A model generated the notes under the pieces. The model ran no database searches and was not told where the DNA came from. It saw only the letters and a list, made by a program, of their open reading frames with translations. From contig CM059431.1 of the NCBI GenBank assembly GCA_030390025.1, positions 99,140,001-99,204,000 of the forward strand: DNA of 64,000 bases, in the 5' to 3' direction. Source of the DNA: Squalus acanthias (Eukaryota). Positions 1 through 12,413 of the stretch are shown here, piece after piece (the first letter of the stretch is position 1; each line of letters begins with the position of its first letter). The position numbers were made by a program, and so were the translations under genes.

Positions 1-908
1 AGGTTGATGATCAGCCATGATCTTATTGAATGGCAGAGCAGGCTCGAGGGGCCGAATGGCCGACTCCTGCTTCTAATTCTTATGTTCTTGTGTTCTTAAC
101 ACAGACACCCTTAAAAAAGCTGATCGATGATAGTATGTGAGTAAATTACTTTAAAATGGCAAAGTATTTGAAACGACCTCATGCTGCCAGTGCAAGTGTT
201 GCAGCTGAAGCCGCGATCAGTGCTGAGTCTTGTAGCAAGAAAGAAACGAAGAACAGAAAGTACGAGGAGAGTTCGATAGAATTCGGGTTTATGGAGCTCG
301 GTGATGGACACTGCAATGTGTCGTGGAAAAACTAAAGCGACACCTCACAACAAGGCATCCGGAATGTAAAGATAAATCGAAATACTTCTCTGAATGAACC
401 CAAGTGACAAACATAACACTGGTTCCGGAAAAGGACCTGAGACAGCGTTTCGGATTGCGAAAAGCACAAAAGGCCAACGTGTAGGAGAGGAGCTGAGTCT
501 TCTGGCTGCTGTAGAGATGCGCAGAGCGATGGTGAGTGAAGATGCAGCACCGAGGCTCTAATGACACAATCAGTAGAAGAATCGAGGAACTTTCAAGAGC
601 TATAAAATGCCGATTGACAGAAAGGCTTTTCGAATGTGAGCAGTTTACAATCCCGCTCGATGAGACAACTGATGTTGGTCGTGCGGCGCGATTATTAGTT
701 TACCTTTGCTGTGTTCGGCTGGGGAACACTTTTGAAGATTTTCTTTTTTTGCCAGACATTACCAGAAGGAGCAACGGCTGAGGAAATATTTAAATTACTG
801 GTTCATTTCATGGAATTGGAATTGCTTAAGTGGAAGAAGTGCGTTGCTGTTTGCACAGACGGTGCTGCCGCTGTGACAGGTAATAGGAATGGTGTTGTTG
901 CAAGAATA

Positions 909-2490
909 AGCTGGTGGGACTGACCAGTGACCGCTCGCTCGAACAGGAGAGGAGCTGGTGGGACTGACCAGTGACCGCTCGAACAGAAGAGGAGCTGGTG
1001 GGACTGACCAGTGACCGCTCGCTCGAACAGGAGAGGAGCTGGTGGGACTGACCAGTGACCGCTCGCTCGAACAGGAGAGGAGCTGGTGGGACTGACCAGT
1101 GACCGCTCGCTCGAACAGGAGAGGAGCTGGTGGGACTGACCAGTGACCGCTCGCTCGAGCAGGAGAGGAGCTGGTGGGACTGACCAGTGACCGCTTGAAC
1201 AGGAGAGGAGCTGGTGGGACTGACCAGTGACCGCTCGAACAGAAGAGGAGCTGGTGGGACTGACCAGTGACCGCTCGCTCGAACAGGAGAGGAGCTGGTG
1301 GGACTGACCAGTGACCGCTCGAACAGAAGAGGAGCTGGTGGGACTGACCAGTGACCGCTCGCTCGAACAGGAGAGGAGCTGGTGGGACTGACCAGTGACC
1401 GCTTGAACAGGAGAGGAGCTGGTGGGACTGACCAGTGACCGCTCGAACAGAAGAGGAGCTGGTGGGACTGACCAGTGACCGCTCGCTCGAACAGGAGAGG
1501 AGCTGGTGGGACTGACCAGTGACCGCTCGCTCGAACAGGAGAGGAGCTGGTGGGACTGACCAGTGACCGCTCGCTCGAACAGGAGAGGAGCTGGTGGGAC
1601 TGACCAGTGACCACTCGCTCGAGCAGGAGAGGAGCTGGTGGGACTGACCAGTGACCACTCGAACAGAAGAGGAGCTGGTGGGACTGACCAGTGACCGCTC
1701 GCTCGAACAGGAGAGGAGCTGGTGGGACTGACCAGTGACCGCTCGAACAGAAGAGGAGCTGGTGGGACTGACCAGTGACCGCTCGCTCGAACAGGAGAGG
1801 AGCTGGTGGGACTGACCAGTGACCGCTTGAACAGGAGAGGAGCTGGTGGGACTGACCAGTGACCGCTCGAACAGAAGAGGAGCTGGTGGGACTGACCAGT
1901 GACCGCTCGCTCGAACAGGAGAGGAGCTGGTGGGACTGACCAGTGACCGCTTGAACAGGAGAGGAGCTGGTGGGACTGACCAGTGACCGCTCGAACAGGA
2001 GAAGAGCTGGTGGGACTGACCAGTGACCGCTCGAACAGAAGAGGAGCTGGTGGGACTGACCAGTGACCGCTCGCTCGAACAGGAGAGGAGCTGGTGGGAC
2101 TGACCAGTGACCGCTCGCTCGAACAGGAGAGGAGCTGGTGGGACTGACCAGTGACCACTCGAACAGGAGAGGAGCTGGTGGGACTGACCAGTGACCGCTC
2201 GAACAGGAGTGGAGCTGGTGGGACTGACCAGTGACCGCTCGCTCGAACAGGAGAGGAGCTAGTGGGACTGACCAGTGACTGCTCGAACAGGAGAGGAGCT
2301 AGTGGGACTGACCAGTGACCGCTCGAACAGGAGAGGAGCTGGTGGGACTGACCAGTGACCACTTGAACAGGAGAGGAGCTGGTGGGACTGACCAGTGACC
2401 GCTCGCTCGAACAGGAGAGGAGCTGGTGGGACTGACCAGTGACCGCTTGAACAGGAGAGGAGCTGGTGGGACTGTCCAGTGACCGCTCGC
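909..2490. repeat. Minisatellite of mixed 44/40-bp units (roughly 37 copies)
   Basis: Unit gagctggtgggactgaccagtgaccgctc(gctc)gaacaggagag. Confidence 0.97.
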
Positions 2491-2751
2491 TGAAAATTAA
2501 CTTTCAGGAACAAACGCCTTCCCAGTTTTGGCCTTCTGTTGCTGCGGAGTTCCCAGAATTGGTAAAAGACGCAATGAAAGTGTTGCTACCTTTCCCAACA
2601 ACATACATTCATGAAACATAATTTTCTGCTCTGGCAGCAATGTGGACAAAGCACAGGTCCCGTCTGGAAGTGGAGAATGGTTTACGACTGCCATTGTCAA
2701 ACATGAGAAGTCGCACAACACCAGGTTATAGTCCAACAGATTTATTTAATT

Positions 2752-2790
2752 TTACAAGCTTTCGAAGCAGTTCGCTCCTTCGTCAGGTAA
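2752..2790 (-). ncRNA. Mirror copy of the minimal hammerhead ribozyme
   Basis: Reverse complement of 3435-3473 in the left arm. Confidence 0.75.
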
Positions 2791-3434
2791 GTTAGCAATG
2801 AGAGAATCTCCCAGAATTCACAATTTAAACCCAGACAAAATCTATTCACATTATTCCCTACAACAAAGAGCACAGCCAAGACAATGAGATGTGTCCCAGG
2901 GGGTCCAACGTGTCAAACCACCTAGCACAAAGGAAGATGGTTGTAGTTGTAGGAGGTCAATCATCTCAGCCCCAGGCCATCGCTGCAGGAGTTCCTCAGG
3001 GCAGTGCCCTAGGCCCAACCATCTTCAGCTGCTTCTTCAATAACCTTCCCTCCATCATAAGTCAGAAATGGGGATGTTTGCTGATGATTGCACAGTGTTC
3101 AGTTGCGGAGTTGTGAATGGCACTGAACTCTGTGCAATCATCAGCAAACATCCCCATTTCTGACTTATGATGGAGGGAAGGTTATTGAAGAAGCAGCTGA
3201 AGATGGTTGGGCCTAGGGCACTGCCCTGAGGAACTCCTGCAGCGATGGCCTGGGGCTGAGATGATTGACCTCCTACAACTACAACCATCTTCCTTTGTGC
3301 TAGGTGGTTTGACACGTTGGACCCCCTGGGACACATCTCATTGTCTTGGCTGTGCTCTTTGTTGTAGGGAATAATGTGAATAGATTTTGTCTGGGTTTAA
3401 ATTGTGAATTCTGGGAGATTCTCTCATTGCTAAC

Positions 3435-3473
3435 TTACCTGACGAAGGAGCGAACTGCTTCGAAAGCTTGTAA
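3435..3473 (+). ncRNA. Minimal type-I hammerhead ribozyme motif
   Basis: TTAC-CTGACGA-A-GGAGC(gaact)GCTTC-GAAA-GC-TT-GTAA: core boxes, stem II, stem I TTAC/GTAA, palindromic AAGCTT stem III. Confidence 0.75.
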
Positions 3474-4339
3474 AATTAAATAAATCTGTTGGACTATAAC
3501 CTGGTGTTGTGCGACTTCTCATTTTTGTCCGCCCCAGTCCAACGCCGGCATCTCCACATCATTGTCAAACATCGCAGACAGATAGACAGAATCTGCAGTG
3601 AGAAGCAGGCACGCCATCTCACGGATATCTGTCAGTAAATACCCGTTTTCTTAAAAGCATTATTAAAGCACTCTTTACATGCAACACTTTCATATTCTGA
3701 GTGTTATATAGTATTATAATTTAGATGGGGGGTCCGTGATTACAAATCCATTTGGAAAGGGGGTCCTTCAACCAAAAATGTCTGAGAACCACTGGTCTAA
3801 TCGAATCCTGGAACAATAATACAAAGCACTAAGATGGCACATACCAATTATTTAAAAAATAAACATGTCTGCATAAATATCTGCCCTTTAATCTTAATAT
3901 TGTCTTTGTGTATCTCTTCTTTTTAATATTTTATACTTCCATAACCTGTCTCTAACTATTGTCTCAGCAAGCTCCACACATCACGCTTTCGTACAGGTGC
4001 AAAGCCATCTTAAAATGCTGGGGGTTTCTGAGCCGTAACCTGAAACAAGCTGATCCCAAACTGCAAAGGTCCTCAACCATTATTTTAACAAAATTGCCCA
4101 ACTGTGAGCAGCGCCATGGGGCAAAGCTAACGGTGTATGTAAAAACCGGCGCAGCTGAGAGGTCGACTGTGAGGGTAAAAGATGGATCTTACCAGTGGCC
4201 CGTTTCCAGGTCACCTCCCTCCCCACCCCCAGTCACCTGGAGGAAGGTTAAAGGAACGCAAAGTGAAGTTGTTGGGAATTCCACTAATGGGAATGAGGAC
4301 AAAAAAAATAGCATCAGATCGAAATATGGAACACAACAG

Positions 4340-4955
4340 AAACAGAGGTAGTGAGTACAAAAGTAGAGAAGTTATGCTGAACCTTTAGAAAGCACTGGTT
4401 AGGCCACAGTTGGAGTATTGCATCCAGTTCTGGTCACCACACTTTAGGAAGGATGTGAAGGCCCTTGAGAGGGTGCAGAGGAGATTTACCAGAATGGTTC
4501 CGGAGATGGGGGATCTTAGCTACAAGGACAGGTTGGAGAAGCTGGATTTGTTTTCATTAGAGCAAAGGAGGTTGTGGGGTGATTTGATAGAGGTGTACAA
4601 GATTATGACGGATTTGGATAGGCTAGACGGGGAAAGGCTGTTCCCACTAGTTGATGGTACAAGGACTAAGGGACACAGATTTAAGGTTTTGGGCAAGAGA
4701 TACAAAGGGGATGTGAGGAAAAACTTTTTTACGCAGCGAGTGGTGAGGACCTGGAATTCGCTGCCGACGGAAGTGGTGGAAGCGGAGACACTCAATGTTT
4801 TCAAGGGGAGACTGGATAGGCACTTGAGGGAAATAAACTTGCAGGGCTCCGGGGATAGAGCGGGGGAATGGGACTGACTGGATTGCTCCACAGAGAGTCG
4901 GCACGGACTCGATGGGCCGAATGGCCTCCTTCTGTGCCGTTATGACTCTATGACC
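4340..4955 (+). mobile_element. CR1 LINE 3' fragment
   Basis: LEYCIQFWSPHFRKDVKALERVQRRFTRM...RKNFFTQRVVRTWNSLP; tatgactc tail. Confidence 0.88.
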
Positions 4956-5116
4956 CTAATGCCCACAAGCTGATAACCATTAACGCACTAGTTATACAGC
5001 AGGACCACTTACAGCAGCAGGGGTTTGAAATACATGAGTGGTTTGGGTTGGAATGTTGGTGTACTGAATTTCACAGCCATGAATTTCACACACATTGCTG
5101 CTCAACAATTTTTGTG

Positions 5117-5935
5117 AACAGGAGGAGGCCATTCAGCCCCTCGAGCCTGTCCTGCCATTCTATTACATCATGGCTGATCTGTACCTCAACTCCATTTTCC
5201 CGCTTTTGCTCCATACCCCTTAATACCCTCACCCGGTGAATCAATCCCTACCGTGAAATCTCCAATTGATCTCCAGGATCCACAGCCTTTTGGGGGAGAG
5301 AGTTCCAGATTTCTACTAACCTTTGTGAAAAAGTGCTTCCTGATTTCACTTCTGAACGGCCTGGCTCTAATTTTAAGGTTTTGCCCCCCTTGTTCTGGAC
5401 TCCCTCCACCAGAAGAATTTGTTTCTCTCTGGGTCATAGAGGCATGCAAGCCTCCCTGCACACTAAGGTACAGGTCCCCAGGGATGGCCGCTGGAAGCCC
5501 TGTTTGTTTTTAAATGTATTAATTCACGGGATGTGGGCGTCGCTGGCAAGGCCGGCATTTATTGCCCATCCCTAACTGCCCTTGAGAAAGTGGTGGTGAG
5601 CCGCCTTCTTGAACCGCTGCAGTCTGTGTGGTGAAGGTGCTCCCACAGTGCTGTTAGGGAGAGAGTTCCAGGATTTTGACCCAGCAACGATGAAGGAACG
5701 GCCGATATATTTCCAAGTCAGAATGGTGTGTGACTTGGAGGGAAACATCTTCTCTGTGTCTACCCTATCAAACCCCTTCATAGTCTTAAAGACCTCTATC
5801 AGGTCACCCCTTAATCTTCTCTTTTCTAGAGAAAAGAGCCCCAGCCTGTTCAACCTTTCCTGATAGTTATAACCTCTCAGTTCTGGTATCGTCCTTGTAA
5901 ATCTTTTTTGTACCTTCTCCAGTGCCTCGATATCC
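5117..5935 (-). mobile_element. Cluster of antisense CR1-group LINE 3' fragments
   Basis: Translations RKHFFT.., LEKVQKRFTRTIP.., WNSLPNSTVG on the minus strand. Confidence 0.75.
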
Positions 5936-6764
5936 ATTTAAACTCATTGATGCAAAACCAGAACTTTCACAGATGTGAATCAGAGCCACCCTTCCATATA
6001 CACACGGCTGATTTTAATAAACATCCAATAGAGAGGCAGCACAGCGATAATGATGCAAATGTCAATCGGCAGCAAGAGTTAAAGCAAAACATTCAATATT
6101 TTAGTGCATTGAAGACAACAGTAATTGGCAGCATTGCTACTCATAGTGACTAGCATGTAACACCGTGATTATTTAACATTGAATCGATTCTAAAACATAC
6201 AATAAGTCTGCTGGAAGCTCAAATCCCCACTTTTAATTTAGAGCTTGTTTTAGCGCACTCAGCTCCTACCTTGAACTTGTACCATCCACATCAATAACCA
6301 CACTGCATAAACACGGCTGATATTTCCACTCACAAACATGGTCAATCACCCTGATTAATCTAGAGAAATAAGCAATTTCCAGTTAATGTTCCGCCCTAAT
6401 GAACACTGCTTGAGTGTAATAAGTGATACTCGACATCCAAACCAATCGGGCTTTGTATCCGCTGCAGATATAAATGGTGTTACCTCAGAATAATCATGAA
6501 CAGCACACTAACTTTATCAAATTGTCTCAGTGTATCTTTAGCACCGTTGCATCTGCCGGCTGCAAAAGCTGAGCAGACACTTCCTTGCCTCTCATACCAA
6601 GTGGTTTCCATTCGCCTTGATCTCATGGTATGACAGTCCCCAGGACCGCTGCAGTTTCTGGTACAATCACCACTATCGTGGAAAAGCCACCTTTCCGCCA
6701 CTGATGCACCGTCCAGTGCGGTTTGCAAAAGGCACACGGAAAACCTCGTCGTCTTTACTCATAG

Positions 6765-8145
6765 TTCATGTCTATATTAATGACCTAGATGAAGGAACCG
6801 AGTGTAATGTATCCAAGTTTGCTGATGATACAAAGCTAGGTGGGACAGTAAGCTGTGAGGAGAACACAAAGAGTCTGCAAAGGGATATAATTAGACTAAG
6901 TGAGTGGGCAGTAAAGTGGCAGATGGAGTATAATGTAGGGTTATTCACTTTGATAGGAAGAATAGAAAAACAGAATATTTTTTAAATGGTGAGAACTTTC
7001 AAATGTTGGTGTTCAGAGAGATGTTCACAAGATGGACTGCAGCAGCTCGCCAAGGTTTCTTCAGCAGCATCTCCCAAACCCGCGACCTCTTCCACCTAGA
7101 AGGACAAGGGCAGCAGACACATGGGAACACCACCACCTCCAAGTTCCCCTCCAAGTCACACACCATCCTGACTTAGAAGTATATCGCCGATCCTTCATTG
7201 TCGCTGGGTCAAAATCCTGGAACTCCCTCCCTAACAGCACTGTGGGAGCACCTTCACCACACGGACTGCAGCGGTTCAAGGCGGCGGCTCACCACCACCT
7301 TCTCAAGGGCAATTAGGGATGGGCAATAAATGCTGCCCTCGCCAGCGACGCCCAGATCCCATAAATAAATTTAAAAAAATGTGGGTGTCCTCATGCAAGA
7401 AACACATGCCGAAAGCTAGCATGTAGGTACAACAAGCAATAAGGAAGGCAAGTGGCATGTTGGCCTTTATTGCAAGGGGGTTGGAGTATAAGAGTAAGGA
7501 AGTCTTGCTACAATTGTACAGGGCCTTGGTGAGACCACATCTGGAGTACTGTGCACAGTTTTGGTCTCCTTATCTAAGGAAGGATATACTTGCCATAGAG
7601 GGAGTGCAACGAAGGTTCACTAGATTGATTCCTGGGATGAGAGGGCTGTCCTATGATGAGAGATTGTGTAGAATAGGCCTATGCTCTCTGGAGTTTAGAA
7701 GAATGAGAGGTGATCTCATTGAAACATACAAGATTCTGAGGGGGATTGACAGGGTAGATGCTGAGAGGTTGTTTCCCCTGGCTGGAGTGTCTAGATCGAG
7801 GGGCATAGTCTCAGGATAAGTGGTCGGCCATTTAAGACTGAGATAGGAGGAATTTCTTCACTCAGAGGGTTGTGAATCTTTGGAATTCTCTGCCCCAGAC
7901 GGCTGTGGATGCTGAGTCTTTGAGTATATTCAAGGCTGAGATCGCTAGATTTTTGGACTCTAGGGGAATCGAGGGATATGGAGATCGGGCAGGAAAGTGG
8001 AGTTGAGGTCGAAGATTGGCCAAGGTCTTATTGAATGGCGGAGCAGGCTCGAGGGGCCGTGGAGCGGAGCAGGCTCGAGGGGCCGTATGGCGGAGCAGGC
8101 TCGAGGGGCCGTATGGCCGACTCCTGCTCTTATTTCTTATGTCAC
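6765..8145 (+). mobile_element. CR1 fragment with a nested LINE 3' end (about 7028-7380)
   Basis: YINDLDEGTECNVSKFADDTKLGG; RPHLEYCAQFWSPYLRKD; a tail segment is triplicated at about 8035-8120. Confidence 0.85.
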
Positions 8146-8505
8146 GGGGCAAGGAAACTGGGCGCAGTGTATCCGCCTTGCTTCTTCTAAATGGCTTCCT
8201 GGCAGCTCAACACAGCAGCAGTGGCAAAGGAGTTGTCCAGTCAGGTGGTTATATATCGCCCAGGGGCGATTCGGCCCATCGTGCCTGTGCCGGCTCTTTG
8301 AAAGAGCTCTCCAATTAGTCCCACTCCCCCCTGCTCTTTCCCCGTAGCCCTGCAAATTTCTCACTTCACATTTTAGTATTTATCTAATTCCCTTTTGAAA
8401 GTTACTATTGAATCTGCTTCCACCGCCCTTTCAGGCAGCGCATTCCAGATCACAACAACTCGCTGCGTAAAAAAATTCCCACCTGGATTTTTTGCCAAAT
8501 ACCTT

Positions 8506-9239
8506 GGGGTAAAAATTGAGTCGCGCCCCATTTGGGGCGCTAACCTCGCCGGGGCGCGACTTTTAGCGCCCCGAAAAAATTAGCGGCCCCGCGCCGGAAC
8601 TTCAGTGGTTGCGCCCCAAGAGGGAAGCGGGGCGCAACTGGAAGCAGCCCGCATCCCTCTTGGGGCGCTGCGAGTGTATATCCTGGCGCTACGTCGCGCC
8701 GCGGTATTGCAGGCCTTCCTCCCCTTCTTAAAGGGGAGGGACCCTGCGCAGCGCGAACCGGGGCCCAGCTGGGCCCCCAGGGATCGGGAGTGCCGGCAAA
8801 AGAGCCCGGCACTCAAGAGAAGTGCCGGGCTCTTGGAGCGCAGCCGGCACTTCACGGTGGGGGGGCTTCACGGGGGCCGGGGGCAGGTGCTGGCAGGCGG
8901 CCAGCAACAAAAATGGCCGCCTGCCACCTCCGCTTTAAATATCGCCGCCCCGGCCGCACGTACGCCTCCCTGAAACCGTCGGACATAGCGTCTGGCGGTA
9001 AATCAGGGGGCGCGACTGAAGATCACGGCCGGGGCGCGAGCGGGGTGCTGCGCACGGCGATGACGTCATCGCCGGCGGCGCAGCGCCACAGGGCGCTACC
9101 GGCTGCCGCCGCCGCTAACCTCCCACTAAATTTTTCGGGAGGCGTGGGCGGCGCTGCGCCCGGGCGTTAGCTGCTTTACGCCCCATTAGCGCCCTCTTAA
9201 GGCGCTAACGGGAGGCGCAAGCAGCTGAATTTTTCCCCC
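8506..9239 (+). mobile_element. Non-autonomous Harbinger MITE (type B)
   Basis: TIRs GGGGTAAAAATT / AATTTTTCCCCC, TSD CTT. The right end matches the autonomous element. Splits an antisense CR1 fragment. Confidence 0.9.
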
Positions 9240-10311
9240 CTTAAATCTGTGTCCTCTGGTTACTGACCCTCCTGCCAGTGGAAACAGTTTCTCCTTATTT
9301 ACTCTATCAAAACCTTTCATAATTTTGAACACCTCGATTAAATCTCCTCTCAACCTTCTCTGTCCTGAGGAGAACAATCCCAGCTTCTCCAGTCTCTCCA
9401 CATAACTGAAGTCCCTCATCCCTGGAACCATTCTGGTAAATCTCCTCCGCACCCTCGCCGAGGCCTGGATGTCCTTCTCGAAGTGCGGTGCCCAGAATTG
9501 GACACAATACTCCGGCTGAGGCCGAACCAGTGATTGATTTATAAAGGTTCAGCACAACTTCCTTGGTTTGTACTCTGTGCTTTAGTTAGAGGTTAGGTAT
9601 GACTCAGGGGCGAGATGAAAAATTGAGGTGAAAAGGGTGAGTGCCCATAACACAGGGTACTAACCCTCGAGAACTACCGTGGGGTGTGTCCGCTTCCAAT
9701 ACCTTTCTCGCTTTAGATTTAGAATATGCCAATTATGCAGCAAAAATACATCGAACTCAGTCTTGAAAATTTTCAATTGACCCCCAGCATCCACAGCCTA
9801 TTGGGTGGAGAGAGTTCCAGGTTTCCTGATTTCAATCCTTATGACCTAGCTCTAATTTTAAGATTATATTCCCTTGTTCTGGATATTGCCACCAGAGGAA
9901 ATAGTTCCTCAGTATCTATCCTATCGCAGCCCTTTATCATTTTAAACACCTCGATACAGAGAGAGGGTGAAAAATTTTGGGGCGCAACTATCGTCCGGGC
10001 GCAAAAATTAGCGCCTGGCGCTAATTATCGCCACTGACTGGAAACTTCACTTTTAACGCCCCGGGAGGTGATTGGAGCGCTAAATCAGGCGCTGCACACC
10101 TGTCTTAAGGCGCAAAGGCCGAGGAGTGAGGCGCTAACTCAGAGCGCGAGCGCAGCGCAGGTGCTGCCAGTTAGCGAGGGAACACAGACACACTGGCGCC
10201 GGCCAGTTCTTAAAGGGGGGGGGGGGCGATCTTGCTCCCCAGCCACACCCTGCTCATTGCAGCCTTGAATCTCGGCCTGGAGAGACCTGTGAATCCATTT
10301 TCCAGCCAAGG

Positions 10312-12251
10312 ATGGAGAGGGTGAGAGAACGAGCTGAGCGCTTCACCGAGCGGGCCTTGGATGCTCTGGTTGGCGCGGTGGAGCGCCGAAGACCAATACT
10401 GTACCCAGAGAGTGGCAGGAGGCCTTTGCCGCGCGACTACAGAAGAGTGTGGAGGGAGGTGGCTCAGCGCGTCTCCTCCAGGAGCATGGTGCCCAGGACC
10501 CATGTCCAATGCCGGAAAAAGTTCAACGACCTCACTCGGGTCGTCAGGGTGAGTGGCTTTTTTGCAATACCTCTCCATCCCTCCATCTCAACCTCACTCT
10601 ATGGCCAGAGGGTCTTAAAACCACAATTAACAACACTCATCCAACACCTATGGCCCTTTCATGAAGCACACACACACATTCCATACTTTGCATACAGTAA
10701 GGGCTATTCACCTATGGGAGGCACATCAGGCAAGACCATGGCTGTATACAGTAAGGGCTATTCACCTATGGGAGGCACATCAGGCAAGACCATGGCTGTA
10801 TATTTACTCAGACGCTGTCCTTTTTCTTGCAGGCCAAGCTGGCGCATAATAGGAGACAGCAGCAACGGACGGGTGGAGGGCGGCCTCAGCTGCAACCCCT
10901 CAGCGATCTTGAGGAGCGCGTCCACAGGATTGTGGCAAGCCGGGTGATCGGTCCCGTCGCCACTGGAGACGCCGACCCCGTTCTGGACAGCAATGGTAAG
11001 GTCATCACCTTTTTGTCCTCTGTCCTTCCACTTGTCCCTCACAACACCAGCCTTTGACACTTTCAATCCAACTTACTAACTCGCTGCACTTATTCCTCCC
11101 TTACTGCCACCCTGTCCTCACGCTAAAGCCAATCTTGTACCTCCCTGCTTTCAGATGGTGATTCACCAGCTGAGGAGACGGGCCCTGAAGCTGCCAGTGG
11201 GAGTGAAGCTGCAGCCGAGGAGGAAGAGGAAGCCGGAGCATCAGTGCCACCCTCTCCCGAGGAAGCCCATGCCGACACTGGGAACACGCCTTCCCTGGAG
11301 GGGAGCAGGGGGGAAGGGTCTGATGAGGGTGAAGCTCCAGGACCCAGCGGGCTGCAGCAATGCGATGGGGGTAGGGAAGCTCGGGGGCCTTCTCCCCGGA
11401 GGGAGAGTATGCCAGCGAGTCCTGCTGCAATGGACGCAGAGGAGGAGCGGCTGATCGCAGAAATGAACACCCAGGCGGTGGGCATGCACACTGAGCTCAT
11501 GGCTGCAGTGGGTAGGGTGCCCGAATGCATTGAAGCACTGGCAAGGAGTGTGGAGCACTTCGCTGCAGCGCAGGCGGATGCGACACTGAAGCTCAGTGCT
11601 GCAATTCAATCTCAGACTGCTCTCATGCAGACTCAGATTGAGGTCACGCGAGCACTGTCTGCTGCCATCCTCGCTGGTTCGTTCACATTTCCCCGGGGCT
11701 CTCACCGCGCCGCAGCAGGCCAGCAATCTGTGCTCCAGCAGATTGCTCCGGATGCTGAGGTGCTGCCCCGTGGGAGTGCCAGTGTGCCGGTCGAGCAGGG
11801 AGTTGCTGTCCTCGCTCAAGATGACAGCATTCCTGCTGCCACCACTGTCACTTCTCCACTGCAGTTGCCACCGCCTGTAGGACAGACTGCTGCCGCCCAT
11901 GCAGAGTTGGTGCAGTCTGCAGCCGGGCCCTCCAGGCCTAGAACTGGTCGAGGCCGTCCCTCAAGGGCATCTGCATTGTCAGGGCCTGACAGTCAGCAGC
12001 CTTCCACCAGCCTTGCTGCAGCCACTGAGGTCCCATTGCGGAGGAGCAGTAGGCTAAGAAGGGGGGAAGGGCGCACGGAAGGAGTTCACCCTCGATGTAG
12101 GAGGTTTGACAAAATGCTGGTCATTTTTTTATTAAAGGCCGAGGTTCGTGGTCAAACTTTTGTTGAGTGTTTTGCACATGATCTCCAGGTTGTGAGAACC
12201 AGTTATGGTAATGACTGTTTTTTTGTGTTTATTTGTATGAGTTTGTCATGA
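10312..12251 (+). CDS. Harbinger Myb/SANT-like DNA-binding protein, 3 exons (10312-10548, 10833-10995, 11155-12251), about 498 aa
   Basis: RFTERALDALV...VWREVAQRVS...RTHVQCRKKFNDL trihelix/Myb motif; GT-AG introns keep the frame; RTGGG motif in exon 2; acidic and coiled-coil-like exon 3. Confidence 0.85.
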
Positions 12252-12413
12252 AGAAATGACCCACACACAGAGTTTGTAAAATAAATAAGTTTTGGTACTC
12301 AAAATATACATGTTTGGTGTTTGGAATCATTGGTGCCTTGGCCGGCTTAGGGGTTGCGTGTTGGGTTCATTCATGCTGTTCTCAATGGCAGAAGCCATTT
12401 CCACAGCAGGGGC

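Larger units (their letters stand above)
2705..3559. mobile_element. Penelope-like (PLE) non-autonomous insertion forming a long fold-back palindrome
   Basis: Inverted arms 2703-3103 and 3122-3522, 18-nt loop, unpaired 37-nt tail, 13-bp flanking direct repeat CATTGTCAAACAT (2692-2704, 3560-3572), hammerhead motifs. Confidence 0.8.
100..3794 (+). mobile_element. Decayed hAT (Charlie/ZBED5-SCAND3-like) transposon; 5' end not resolved
   Basis: Frameshifted transposase motifs RKYEESSIEFGF, SNDTISRRIEELS, LDETTDV, CVAVCTDGAAAVTG, and C-terminal FWPSVAAEFPELVKDAMKVLLPFPTTY. 3' TIR GAGAACCACTG ends at 3794. Confidence 0.85.

Noticed and set aside
795..2513. Long ORFs (up to 519 aa) and CRISPR-like periodicity
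   Set aside because: These are translations of a tandem repeat. There are no unique spacers or cas genes, and the context is eukaryotic.
6480..6760. Possible minus-strand exon or ORF in unique sequence
   Set aside because: No recognisable protein similarity or convincing splice-site pair.
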